Shown: positions 25,360-35,201 of the stretch, piece by piece
How positions within the stretch are numbered: the first letter of the stretch is position 1
Layout of the letters: each line of letters starts with the position of its first letter
Assembly (NCBI GenBank): GCA_902384455.1
Contig: CABMCB010000059.1
Coordinates: forward strand, 35,938 to 99,937
From: an uncultured archaeon
GTDB lineage: Archaea > Altiarchaeota > Altiarchaeia > IMC4 > SCGC-AAA252-I15
Direction of reading: 5' to 3'
DNA length: 64,000 nt
Made by a program: the position numbers and the translations under genes
The notes under the pieces: generated by a model
Database searches by the model: none
What the model saw: only the letters and a program-made list of their open reading frames with translations
Told to the model about the DNA's origin: nothing

Positions 25360-25905
25360 TTGCGTTGCAAATCCTTGCAAGTCGTTGCAAAGCTTGCAAA
25401 CCCTTGCGAATCAACGAGTTGCGCTCGCCGTGATTAACAAAGTATTACACTCGAAACCCGGCTCGACGCGGACTGAGGCCTTTTTGGTCGAAAAATGGGC
25501 AAATATGTGCTTTGTTTTCAATTTTTTACGACAAAATCGCTCGAAATGGGTAAAAAATGACAAAAAAGTGAAATTTTCTTGCGAGTTTGGCAATGAAAAT
25601 GCTGCCGAGTGTCGCGTCTCACGTATGTCTCAATCCCTGTAAGCGTGTAAGTCATTGATTTCGCTAGGCTTTCTCAGGTAATCTCACTGTGAAACGTGTC
25701 TCACGATGGGTGTCTCAGGCCTGCGACCGGTCTGGCGAATCGTCTCATCAATCGTCTCATGATGAGACAGTTGAGGATGACGTTCGCGAGTACATCTCTG
25801 GTCATAAGATGCGCCAAACATAACGCCCATTATATTGACCATTCCGTCACCAAATGCTGTCGCCAAATGGTGGCTGCAATTCTGGCAAATAGTGTCGCCA
25901 AATGG
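25360..25905. repeat. Repeat-rich non-coding region (TTGCAA, A-tracts, GTCTCA, CGCCAAA)
   Basis: TTGCAA at 25365/25375/25385/25394; phased A/T tracts ~25480-25580; GTCTCA at 25616/25627/25698/25712/25742/25754; CGCCAAA/CACCAAA x4 in 25810-25905. Confidence 0.6.
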
Positions 25906-26139
25906 CCTGTCTAGGAAGGGAGGAAGATTGACCAAAGAGATAATCCCTCGCGTAACGAGAGGAAGGCGCTTTATATGAATAACATACAGAATGTTATCCG
26001 AAACCGTTTTAATCCTCTGAATACGCTCTCCTGCCCTTACAGAACAGCATCTGGCGACAGAATTAGCCAGAATCCGGGCCAGAATTGTCTTGACAAGCTG
26101 GCTCGGATTGTGTCACACTCGCGAGCGGAGGCAAACGCA

Positions 26140-26400
26140 ATGGCTAAAACGACTGTAGAATTGATTGTGGCATACCTGGCCGCGCATGGCGGACAGTGTC
26201 GAGAGCGGATGTTGGTTCGAAGACTGCAGCGCCGGAAGGATTTTCGCGAGACAATCGCTAGACTTGGAAAGAATGACATCGTCCGGTCTAGCGGAATGGG
26301 AACTAAGACTGACCCAAAGATGCTGACCCTCGCGGCATCGCATAACAAGCTGTGCCCGAACTGCCAAGGTTTAGGATTCGTTCGCGAGGTGACGCTGTGA
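26140..26400 (+). CDS. Small wHTH-like protein with C-terminal CPNC
   Basis: GGAGG RBS; TTGACA promoter candidate at ~26090. Confidence 0.5.
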   Translation: MAKTTVELIVAYLAAHGGQCRERMLVRRLQRRKDFRETIARLGKNDIVRSSGMGTKTDPKMLTLAASHNKLCPNCQGLGFVREVTL

Positions 26401-26765
26401 GACATCTATGCATCACAAGAGAGCAGTTCAAATCACCGTGTGTCTATCAGTTTTTGAACGCGGAGGGAATTGTCATTTATATCGGCAGAGGAAAAGACTG
26501 GTCTCGACCGTTTAGAAAACACGCGACGAAGAACACAGAACCAACTCGTCACGATGTTGAACATGCGTGGCGCGACCCGTACGGACGCAGATACCAGGAC
26601 AAGAGGCCGCAAGCGTTCGCCGAGGCCCACGAGATTCGAATATTCCCATGCGCGACAATCGAGGATGCGACTGCACTGGAACGCCTGCAAATAGGCGAAC
26701 ACAAACCGAAATACAATAAGCACCATAATCCAGACCGATGTGCACATCAAGGGCCAAAGATTTAG
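26397..26765 (+). CDS. GIY-YIG endonuclease
   Basis: CVYQFLN...IYIGRG...ALERLQIGEHKPKYN. Confidence 0.8.
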   Translation: MRHLCITREQFKSPCVYQFLNAEGIVIYIGRGKDWSRPFRKHATKNTEPTRHDVEHAWRDPYGRRYQDKRPQAFAEAHEIRIFPCATIEDATALERLQIGEHKPKYNKHHNPDRCAHQGPKI

Positions 26766-26770
26766 CCAGT

Positions 26771-26806
26771 AGTACTATTGCGCTCTGACCCGGCGCACCG
26801 TATCAT
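26771..26806 (+). promoter_or_regulatory. Early promoter with AGTACTA box
   Basis: AGTACTA-TTGCGC-N17-TATCAT. Confidence 0.55.
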
Positions 26807-26812
26807 TGGCTC

Positions 26813-27115
26813 ATGTCAACCAAAACCATCTTCGAAACCGAAACCTGCGGACGCTGCGGCGGCTCAGGACGTCATTCATACTGCCAGATGTACGGCGACA
26901 CCTGCTTCGGATGCTCCGGCTCAGGCAAGCGGTACTCAAAGCGCGGTCAGGCCGCTGGCGACCGCTGGTACATCGTTCCGTTCCGGCTTTGGAAGTATTG
27001 CGACATCAACATGCGCATGCGCCGCGTTTGGGACTACGACCGCAGCCAAGCCGGTCGGCAGTTCGTCGGCAGCATGATGTTCTACGCTGGCAAGCAATCC
27101 TGGAGGACGATATGA
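26813..27115 (+). CDS. CxxCxGxG zinc-finger protein (possibly leaderless)
   Basis: CGRCGGSG...CFGCSGSG; ATG 6 nt after -10 box. Confidence 0.6.
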   Translation: MSTKTIFETETCGRCGGSGRHSYCQMYGDTCFGCSGSGKRYSKRGQAAGDRWYIVPFRLWKYCDINMRMRRVWDYDRSQAGRQFVGSMMFYAGKQSWRTI

Positions 27116-27550
27116 TGGAACTGCTGTTGTTTGACATCCGAGTGGTCAAGGTTCTCAAGGCCACCAACGCGTGCATGCACTCAGTGATGTGTGCAGAGCG
27201 TGACCGCGATGAACGCGCCGTGCAACTACGCGGCAAGGTCTTTCGGCTCGCGTTCAAAGAACTCCATAATTGGAGCAAAAACTCTCCATTATTGGAGGCA
27301 CGATGAGCAGGCTAACGGTACTCTTCGGTAACTCAATTCCGGACGCGGTAGGCTTCATCGTCGGCGACGCGTGGCTAGCAGTCAGAGGAATCTATGATAC
27401 GTTTAGACAAATCAAAGGACGCACGGCGCAGGGCAAGAAAGCACGCACAAAGGATTGCTGCGTCTGGCGGTATTCAGAGCGTCACGACCCGCGTGCTTGC
27501 GGACAAGCGAACGCGTCTGCTGAACAAGGCGCAGCGCCGCGACGAAAGGA

Positions 27551-27826
27551 TTGACAATGGGTAACCTACAGTATCAGGTATCCCGCAAGGTGTCCTGGAA
27601 GGACCAGGCGAATGCACGAGCAAGGCTCAACGCGTATCTGCGCACCGTGCACATGGACTCGCACGCGGTCAACACGGTCGAGAACATGGAGCGATTCGCG
27701 AGAGAGATTCGAACAGCGTGCGACACCCCGGAGTGCAAAGGGCACGGCATCTACATCTGGCGCGGGAAGCACTATTGCACGAAGCATAAACCAACCATAC
27801 CGTACACCACCAGATACCAGTTCTAG
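27551..27826 (+). CDS. Hypothetical protein with Cys/His motif
   Basis: CDTPEC...YCTKH; probable ATG at 27557. Confidence 0.5.
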   Translation: MTMGNLQYQVSRKVSWKDQANARARLNAYLRTVHMDSHAVNTVENMERFAREIRTACDTPECKGHGIYIWRGKHYCTKHKPTIPYTTRYQF

Positions 27827-27857
27827 TACTCCGGTACCAGTTGAAAATCGGTACTAA

Positions 27858-27893
27858 AGTACCATTGCGTCTTTTCAGCTTCCATGCGAGAAT
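27858..27893 (+). promoter_or_regulatory. Early promoter with AGTACCA box
   Basis: AGTACCA-TTGCGT-N17-GAGAAT. Confidence 0.5.
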
Positions 27894-27899
27894 GTATTC

Positions 27900-28530
27900 A
27901 CGATAGAGATGGCGAGGATAGCAGCCCCTGATGCGGCCCGGTCCTCGCCCCCTCTGGTAGAATCTCTCAGAGCCAAGGCGTTCGAGGCAAAGCACGAAAG
28001 CCTGTCTGACCCGCGAGTAGAGATTCTTTCCGAGGGTAACACCTCTACCAGCCTGCGATAAGTGGCGGCTGGACGTGCCTAGATGAACTCACCAGGCGGC
28101 ACGGTGGATGCGCTGACACCGGGTAATACGGGATGACGACCTTTGCCCGGTGTCGGATTCGAGTTCGTCGCTCGAATGGTTCGAATCCCGCTACTCTCAA
28201 ACCTTTGGGTGTCGTCTGGTAGAACGGCGGCAGTGGCCGTGCAGAAGCCGGACCCTAGTTGGAGCAATTGCTTGGCACCCAGGCATTTTGTGTGGCTAGC
28301 AGTAGCGAGTCCTAACGCCGTGTCCGAGACGTCCCGCTTTGAAACGGGGTAGCGTCGAGGGGAGCATGGTTGCGAGTAGACTTGCAAGCGAAAGCAACGG
28401 GTAGCTCGCTACTGCCAGCCACACTACGATTCGGCGAGAAAGCTAGCAGGTATTTGCAACCGTGAACAGCGGGACTGCTAGACGGCAGACGTGCAAACAT
28501 CCTGTTCGATGCGTTCCGGCTCGCCACTAA
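27900..28530 (+). ncRNA. Large structured non-coding RNA candidate
   Basis: No credible ORF; many long helices (27959-27967/28019-28027; 28113-28126/28143-28156; 28290-28310/28404-28424); GGTTCGAATCC at 28178. Confidence 0.6.
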
Positions 28531-28543
28531 TTCAGGAGGGCAC

Positions 28544-28789
28544 ATGGTCACGAACCTGGAGCAAGCGCATGCACAAAACTTTGACGTAACTATGTTGCCA
28601 GCCCGGGCGACAGAACTCATAGAAACCGTTCGGGCGAATCACGCGGCGACTGAAAGACTGACTGCTGAATTTATACATGAGATAACAGTCGGAGCGCACA
28701 CGTTTCAACTGCACTGCCTGTGCGTCAGCCGGAGACCCGGAGTCATAGCGCCAGTGATGAAAGCGGCAAAGCTGGCGCGTAAACTTTAG
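28544..28789 (+). CDS. Hypothetical protein
   Basis: 81 aa, AGGAGG RBS. Confidence 0.55.
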   Translation: MVTNLEQAHAQNFDVTMLPARATELIETVRANHAATERLTAEFIHEITVGAHTFQLHCLCVSRRPGVIAPVMKAAKLARKL

Positions 28790-28823
28790 TACTATTGCAA
28801 GATTGCAAGGGCAGGCGTACACT
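28788..28823 (+). promoter_or_regulatory. Early promoter with AGTACTA box
   Basis: AGTACTA-TTGCAA-N17-TACACT. Confidence 0.6.
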
Positions 28824-28842
28824 CTTGACAGTGGAGGAAGTC

Positions 28843-29238
28843 ATGAACAAAGCAGAGCAGAACAAGGTTCGAATCATTATGCAAATGGCGGACCTGAAAG
28901 GTCGCGAAGCGGCCCAGGCCTGCACCCCGGTTCCGATGGTCGTGGGTTCGCCGTCTACTCCGTTCGGCAACGACATCGACTACAGCAAGAAAACGTACTT
29001 CGTCGAAGGCGGCGTCTGCGGTTTTGCATGGGTCAGCATCCGACCGGCGACGTCATCGGTCGCACGCTTCGCCAAAAAGGAACTCGGCTGGCGCTACAAC
29101 GATTACGACCGCGCCATGCAGAAGTGGGTTTCCGACTACGGTCAGAGCATGCAACTGAAGGAAGCTTATGCGGACGCGTTCGCTGCCGAACTCCGCGCTC
29201 ACGGTATCCCGGCATCAGCCGGTTCAAGGATGGACTAA
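28843..29238 (+). CDS. Hypothetical phage protein
   Basis: GGAGG RBS; GVCGFAWV...QSMQLKEAYADAFA...SRMD. Confidence 0.7.
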   Translation: MNKAEQNKVRIIMQMADLKGREAAQACTPVPMVVGSPSTPFGNDIDYSKKTYFVEGGVCGFAWVSIRPATSSVARFAKKELGWRYNDYDRAMQKWVSDYGQSMQLKEAYADAFAAELRAHGIPASAGSRMD

Positions 29239-29707
29239 TGACTGCCTTCGTTATACTCGTGCTGTATCTCGCGGTAGACTTCGTACTGTTCTGCATGCTT
29301 CGCGGTTCTAAGAATCGCGAAGTGGCAGAGCGAGAAGCAATCTACAATCACGCGTTCAGGAAGTAAGATGGGATTTTACCCGAGGGGAAGCATGCAACGT
29401 CTACTCGATGCGATAGAGCGCAAAGAAGACCTGGCAAAGCACGTTGCAGCCCTTCGGCGTTCGGTTCTGATGCACACGGTTCGCGCACTTATCCGAATGA
29501 ACATGAGGTGACTATGGACTCAACAGGCTACGAAGCAGTAAAGTGTCAGGTGAGAATTTCTCCGGGATGCAAGAAGAAACAGAACAGCGAAGCAGGATAC
29601 TCCCGGACAGAAAAGTATGCGAGGGTTGGACCATGGCTCGACGCGTGTGAAGAATGCGCGAGAATCCCATATGAACAGCCAGCGCAATTCCAGAAGGGAG
29701 AAAACTG

Positions 29708-29965
29708 ATGTTGCCAGAAAACTACACGTTACCAATCTTTGAAGGCCAGGGCGTCAAGCACGCTCTCGGCTACGGATTAATCTCTCGCGTTCCGTTCATG
29801 CGCGAGAAAGCCAAGCAGGTCACGGTCAAGTTCGAATCCGGCCAGGAATTACTGGTCGCGGTCGAGAACCTGCAACCGGCTCGCATGCCGGAATCCGAAC
29901 TCGAATATCTCCGCGCAAAGCACGGCATCAGCGCTGAGGTAGAAAGCGAGGACGCTGATGCGTAA
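29708..29965 (+). CDS. Hypothetical protein
   Basis: 85 aa, GGGAG RBS. Confidence 0.5.
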   Translation: MLPENYTLPIFEGQGVKHALGYGLISRVPFMREKAKQVTVKFESGQELLVAVENLQPARMPESELEYLRAKHGISAEVESEDADA

Positions 29966-30302
29966 AAAGACCCGGCACCGCAAAGGCTCAGCGAACGACG
30001 GCATCGAAGTGGAATTGATTCAGTTTTTCAAAAAGTTCCCCGAGGGAGCAACGATGCTGGAAGCTTTTCTTGCACGAAACTTCGAAGGCGCGTTTGACTT
30101 CGGCGGATTCGATTTCGATGTCTACTTCAAACAGAAAGGATAAATATGCGACTGCTTGCGTGGTTGTTCGCTTCAGATAAATCCTGGTTGAAAGAAAGCC
30201 TGGCCTATCACGAGCGCAGCAATCGACACATGGACTCGCTCGACCCGAACCACTGGAACTGTGCGGACAGGTCGTCCGCCGGAAACGTACAGGAGAAACC
30301 AG

Positions 30303-30647
30303 TTGAGAAAATCAATCCTCGCCGCACTGTTATGTTTCACGGCGTCGTCAACCCTACGCGCACTGCCAAATCAGAAATTGCCAGACTCAAGGCGGCAGGC
30401 GCAAATACGCACCGCGTTAGCAGCGAATGGGTACAACCCTGGTCGCAACTGGGCTGAGACCTGCATCGTACTCAAACAGATTGCCAAGGTGCATTTCTGG
30501 CAGTCGAATCACGCACCGGACGCACGCGTCCTGATTCTGCTAGGACTGGGAAACAAGCACTCTGACCCCCAGGTCCTGGACGAACCACCGACCAGGTTAG
30601 AACCCGGCGTTCAAGCCGAGTACCGGAGGACCAAAAGCAAACAATAG
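30303..30647 (+). CDS. Secreted protein with peptidoglycan-binding-like domain
   Basis: TTG start, signal peptide RKSILAALLCFTAS; QIRTALAANGY...WQSNHAPDARVLILLGLG. Confidence 0.5.
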   Translation: MRKSILAALLCFTASSTLRALPNQKLPDSRRQAQIRTALAANGYNPGRNWAETCIVLKQIAKVHFWQSNHAPDARVLILLGLGNKHSDPQVLDEPPTRLEPGVQAEYRRTKSKQ

Positions 30648-30652
30648 GCGTT

Positions 30653-31105
30653 ATGTTTGGGGCATCTTATGACCCTATGGACGCGCGGACTCGACTGCTA
30701 AAGGCAGCATTCAATCTAACACCCGGAGACTGGGACGCTATAGACGCGTATCAGTCCCGGGTATGCTTTATTTGCGGCAGGAAGCCCCCAGGACGACGAT
30801 TGGCGACCGACCACTGTCACACGTCAGGATTGGTCAGAGGGCTGCTCTGCAACCGCTGTAACGCGTGGCTAGGTAAGATAGAGAACAACTTCAAGCGGTA
30901 CGGCATCCACAAGACCGGCGTGCCTCTGCTGACGGCGCTCTCCCGCGTGCTCAAGTATCTCAGCAATCCCCCGGCGACTCAGGCGTTAGGCCGAGAGGTC
31001 TATGGATACCCGGGACGCGTCGGCACCAAGGCGTTCAGAAAGTGGGCAAAGAAAAAGGCCGTTATGATACAAAGGACTGATGATGGTAGACACTCCAAAT
31101 CCTAA
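30653..31105 (+). CDS. Recombination endonuclease VII-like protein
   Basis: CFICG...LATDHCHTSGLVRGLLCNRCN. Confidence 0.85.
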   Translation: MFGASYDPMDARTRLLKAAFNLTPGDWDAIDAYQSRVCFICGRKPPGRRLATDHCHTSGLVRGLLCNRCNAWLGKIENNFKRYGIHKTGVPLLTALSRVLKYLSNPPATQALGREVYGYPGRVGTKAFRKWAKKKAVMIQRTDDGRHSKS

Positions 31106-31835
31106 TCTTCACCCCGCGCTGACGCACTACATCGCGTGGATTAAGGCTCACGAAAAGCTTCTCATCATCGTGCTCGCCGCTTTTCTTACGTTCCATTTTT
31201 ACGGCAAGGTTCTCGACCTGTGGGACAAACACGACCAACGTCAAACTGAAATCCAAAAGCAGGTCGCTGACACCGCTGCGAAGAAGGTCGAGGTCGATGC
31301 GACAGCGAACCAACAGTTGCTGTCACAGCTTGCGGACCTAAAGCAGCAGTATGCTCTGACGCAGGCGCAACTGCAGAGCGTGATAAGTCAGCGTACGAAG
31401 GATACGAATGACCAAAAGAAAAAGAATGACGCAAGCACAAGTTCAGAAGTTGCTACTCGAATTATACAATTGCTCCGACTGCAGCCTCAAGACGTCACGG
31501 CTAGCCCAATTGATGGAACCCTGGTGTTCACGCCATCGGCAGGCCATGCAGACGTTAACGCAATCGAAGACGGAGTAAAGGCGCAGGCCGACGTCCTAGA
31601 CTTGAATAAACAGGTCGCGGCGTGCACGACGGTAACGAAGAAACAAGACGAAACAATCTCCGGACTGCAGGTACAAATCACAGACGAAAAGACATCGCAC
31701 ACTGCAGACGTGAAGCTGAAGAACGACGAGATAGCACAACTGAAAGTCGAAAAGAAGAAGGCCTGGATAAGTGGATTCAAGTGGGGTGCAATAGCTGGAT
31801 TCATCGGCGGAGTAGTGACCCTTCACAAGCTATGA
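31080..31835 (+). CDS. Membrane-anchored coiled-coil protein
   Basis: N- and C-terminal hydrophobic segments, Gln-rich coiled coil. Confidence 0.6.
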   Translation: MMVDTPNPNLHPALTHYIAWIKAHEKLLIIVLAAFLTFHFYGKVLDLWDKHDQRQTEIQKQVADTAAKKVEVDATANQQLLSQLADLKQQYALTQAQLQSVISQRTKDTNDQKKKNDASTSSEVATRIIQLLRLQPQDVTASPIDGTLVFTPSAGHADVNAIEDGVKAQADVLDLNKQVAACTTVTKKQDETISGLQVQITDEKTSHTADVKLKNDEIAQLKVEKKKAWISGFKWGAIAGFIGGVVTLHKL

Positions 31836-32218
31836 TTTGCTCTCGATGTAAGAGCGGCGAACCGGCTCCGGGTTTGAAGATATGTCAGAATTGCAGGGAC
31901 TACTTTCAAACGTGGGGGAAGAAGAGAGAAGCAAAGCAGAAAAGAATTTGCATGAATCGGTACGGAAAGGACGACGGATGCGTCTGCTGTGGTGAGAAAC
32001 ACATAAGTTTTTTGACAATCGACCACATCGAGGACGACGGCTACAAAAATAGAGACACGCAAGGTCGCGGGAAACATCTTTACAGATATTTAATCAATCA
32101 GAATTTTCCGCGAGGCTTTCAAACGCTTTGTTTTAACTGCCAGTGGGGTAAGCGACTGAACGGCGGATTTTGCCCTCATCACCCTCACCGAGACTTGAGG
32201 ATAGAACATGCAAGCTAA
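31832..32218 (+). CDS. HNH-like endonuclease
   Basis: CVCCGE...FLTIDHI..DG...FQTLCFNC. Confidence 0.75.
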   Translation: MICSRCKSGEPAPGLKICQNCRDYFQTWGKKREAKQKRICMNRYGKDDGCVCCGEKHISFLTIDHIEDDGYKNRDTQGRGKHLYRYLINQNFPRGFQTLCFNCQWGKRLNGGFCPHHPHRDLRIEHAS

Positions 32219-32954
32219 GATTCTTTTTCTGGATATTGAGACCGCGCCGTCACTAGGATGGGTGTGGGCGAAGTGGGAAACGAATGTCATCGACTTCAAG
32301 CAGGACTGGTACATTCTCTCGTACGCATATAAGTGGGCGGGAGAGGACAAGGTCACGACGGTCGGTCTGCCGGACTTCGGAGCGTACAACCGCAACAAGG
32401 AAGACGACCGACAGCTAACCAAAAGCCTGCGAAAGCTACTAGATGAAGCAGATGTGGTCATCGCGCACAACGGCGACGGGTTTGACTTGCCGAAGATTAA
32501 TACGCGAATGCTCACGCACAAGCTTGCTCCGCCGTCTCCTTATAAGACGGTAGACACTTTGAAGATTGCACGCAAGACTTTCAAGTTCGACAGCAACAAG
32601 CTGGACGACCTGGGCCGGTATCTCGGCATCGGTCGCAAGCTTCCGCACACGGGATTCCATCTGTGGAAGAACTGCATGGACGGAAAACCCGAAGCCTGGA
32701 AGATGATGAAGGAATACAACGGTCACGACGTGGAACTCCTAGAGAAGGTGTACTACATCATGCGACCGTGGACAGGCAACACGCACCCGAACGTCAACCA
32801 GTTCAGTGCGAACCTAGCATGTCCGAAGTGCGGCAACGAACAGGTTCAGCGCAGAGGATACAGCTACACACAATTGAGTCGCAAGCAAAGATTCCAGTGC
32901 ACCGGACCCAAGGGTTGCGGCACCTGGTACGAGGGCAGTGCAAAGAAAGTTTGA
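32208..32954 (+). CDS. RNase H-like (DEDD) exonuclease with C-terminal zinc ribbon
   Basis: FLDIET, AHNGDGFD, YNGHDV, CPKCG. Confidence 0.85.
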   Translation: MQAKILFLDIETAPSLGWVWAKWETNVIDFKQDWYILSYAYKWAGEDKVTTVGLPDFGAYNRNKEDDRQLTKSLRKLLDEADVVIAHNGDGFDLPKINTRMLTHKLAPPSPYKTVDTLKIARKTFKFDSNKLDDLGRYLGIGRKLPHTGFHLWKNCMDGKPEAWKMMKEYNGHDVELLEKVYYIMRPWTGNTHPNVNQFSANLACPKCGNEQVQRRGYSYTQLSRKQRFQCTGPKGCGTWYEGSAKKV

Positions 32955-32957
32955 TGA

Positions 32958-33464
32958 ATGGACCTGACAGACCAATACTGGGAGAAGTACCTGTGGGCCA
33001 AACCCTTCGCTGACGCGGAGGACCTGGACAGCCTGATTCCCTTGGTGCCTTACAAGCAGTACCTGCCGAGCGAACCGACGCATCCCCGGGCGTTCATTCC
33101 GAACTACGTACGATGGGCCAAGAGGAAAGAGCTAGACTTTACCTGCCCCATCACCGGATGGAAAGAGACGGACTTCTTTCACGACATCGCGGGAAACGGA
33201 GCGGTAAGAATGGTAGGACGCTTGACGGTTGACCACATCATCCCGGGCTCTCTCGGCGGCATGACTACCGATGAGAACATTCAGATGATTTCTGAATTCG
33301 CAAACGTCAAGAAGGGAAACCGGCAGATAACGAACCAGGAATTACGTGAGCAGCTTCTCTCGACACATAAGAAAGTGGACGAGCGCTACGACGAACTGCT
33401 TTCTGTGCTTAGAAAATACGAAGTAAATCAATTTAGGATGGGCAGCGCGAGGATGACAAAATGA
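32958..33464 (+). CDS. HNH domain protein
   Basis: LTVDHIIP..GG....NIQMISEFANVKKG. Confidence 0.7.
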   Translation: MDLTDQYWEKYLWAKPFADAEDLDSLIPLVPYKQYLPSEPTHPRAFIPNYVRWAKRKELDFTCPITGWKETDFFHDIAGNGAVRMVGRLTVDHIIPGSLGGMTTDENIQMISEFANVKKGNRQITNQELREQLLSTHKKVDERYDELLSVLRKYEVNQFRMGSARMTK

Positions 33465-33886
33465 AGAAGTGCGTTCGTGCAACTTGTCCCAGAATGCACG
33501 ACACAGGATTCAAGGAATGTCCAAATTGTTTGGAGCGTATTCGACAACATAATCGAAAACTTAGAAATAAGGTAATCGACGAATACGGAGGAAGGTGCGC
33601 TTGCTGCGGAATTACGAGGCGAGAGTTTCTTACTCTCGACCACGAGAAAGGCGACGGAGCAGCGCATCGGAGAAAAATAGGAAATGGAAAGAAGTATTAT
33701 CTTTGGTTGATTAGAAATAATTTCCCAAAGAATTTAGGTTTGCAAGTGTTGTGCCAGAATTGCAATCAATCGTTGGGAAATTACGGCTATTGTCCTCATC
33801 GACCGACGAAGAGAAGAAAAGTTCACAAGGGGAAGTTTAAGACAGATGCTTATATTAGGGTTCGGAAATCGAGCACGCCAAGGTAA
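33461..33886 (+). CDS. HNH-like endonuclease
   Basis: YGGRCACCG...FLTLDH..DG...LQVLCQNCN. Confidence 0.75.
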   Translation: MKKCVRATCPRMHDTGFKECPNCLERIRQHNRKLRNKVIDEYGGRCACCGITRREFLTLDHEKGDGAAHRRKIGNGKKYYLWLIRNNFPKNLGLQVLCQNCNQSLGNYGYCPHRPTKRRKVHKGKFKTDAYIRVRKSSTPR

Positions 33887-34484
33887 GGATAGCGCGGCGG
33901 AAGCAATTAGAGAATTTTACGACAGAAAGAACCACCATTTGTCGAAGCCTATTCGTGTTGGAATTTTTAAGTTCGCCACTGCTTTGTATCAAGAGGTCAA
34001 TGCGGCAATCAAAGCCGACGGCGGAGTCGAGAATACAATCAAAGGCATTCACGAGAATTTCCCAGGTAACGACTGGGTCATCGCAGAGAAAAACCCAGAA
34101 GTTTCCGACCTAGCCCCCTATGGTAAGCATCCTAAGGTTCTTCAATTCTGGGGCACCGAATTTCGACGCAACCAAGACCCGGACTACTGGGTGAAGAAAA
34201 TCTTCGCGAGCATTCCGTCCAATACGGATATCGCGCTGGTTTCCGACGTCCGCTTTCCGAACGAGGCTGCGGCGATTAAACAGCGAGGCGGTTACAACAT
34301 CAACGTGAAACGACTGCGCGATGATGGGACACAATATTTCGCTCCCGACCGCCCCGCTGACCATCCTTCCGAACTGGCTCTCGACGGCTACAACTGGGAC
34401 GCGTACATCGTCACAAAGAACCCAGTGATGACCGGCGAATTGGCCGTAACCATAGCGGAATACTATAGGGGGATAGCAAATTGA
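33846..34484 (+). CDS. Deoxynucleoside monophosphate kinase
   Basis: GNRARQGKD, LQFWGTEFRR, SDVRFPNE, HPSE. Confidence 0.85.
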   Translation: MLILGFGNRARQGKDSAAEAIREFYDRKNHHLSKPIRVGIFKFATALYQEVNAAIKADGGVENTIKGIHENFPGNDWVIAEKNPEVSDLAPYGKHPKVLQFWGTEFRRNQDPDYWVKKIFASIPSNTDIALVSDVRFPNEAAAIKQRGGYNINVKRLRDDGTQYFAPDRPADHPSELALDGYNWDAYIVTKNPVMTGELAVTIAEYYRGIAN

Positions 34485-34646
34485 AGCCACGCAAGGAATC
34501 AACAAGGAAGGCACTACCGGCAGTCACAGGCGCGGTTCTCTGTGGACGCGGTCACCTGAGAGACGTGGTTGACCTGAACGCAGAGCGCAAAGCGGTTCAC
34601 TGCCCGGTATGCGGCGACTACTTTGATATTCGCCAAGGAATACTGA

Positions 34647-35201
34647 ATGCAGAACAAAAGTAAGGCGTACATCGCGACGTTCACCGGCAAGAAGTTTTTC
34701 TTGCTCAAACCGAGGATGGAAGACATCGACATCACCGACATCGCTCACGCGCTGGCGCTGCAATGCCGATGGACGGGGCACTGCAAGTATCACTACTCGG
34801 TCGCGCAGCACAGCTATTACTGCTCTGTGCTCGGACCTGAGGAAGAGGCCCTTGAGAGATTAATGCACGACGGCTCCGAGGCGTATATCTCGGACATGAA
34901 CCGACCACTGAAGCACTACACCGACGCAGGCTCGGCGTACATGAAGGTCGAAAAACCGCTGCAGGACATGATTTACGCGGCGTTCGCGTGCAGGCCGATA
35001 GAACCGGCATCGGTCAAGATTGCGGACAACATGATGTTGTACGCGGAAAAAGCTCAGATTGTCGGCTACAAGTTTGCCGAGCAAGACGAGACGGAAGACA
35101 GCGCCCAGGCTCCGATTCTAATCGAGCAGTGGTCGCCCGAACGTGCAGAGAAAGAGTTCCTGAAAAGATTTCAGGAGCTATACAAAAGGAGAATCAATTG
35201 A
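34647..35201 (+). CDS. HD-domain 5'-deoxynucleotidase (YfbR/YfdR-like)
   Basis: DIAHAL..QCRWTGH...YSVAQHS...MHDGSEAYISD. Confidence 0.85.
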   Translation: MQNKSKAYIATFTGKKFFLLKPRMEDIDITDIAHALALQCRWTGHCKYHYSVAQHSYYCSVLGPEEEALERLMHDGSEAYISDMNRPLKHYTDAGSAYMKVEKPLQDMIYAAFACRPIEPASVKIADNMMLYAEKAQIVGYKFAEQDETEDSAQAPILIEQWSPERAEKEFLKRFQELYKRRIN

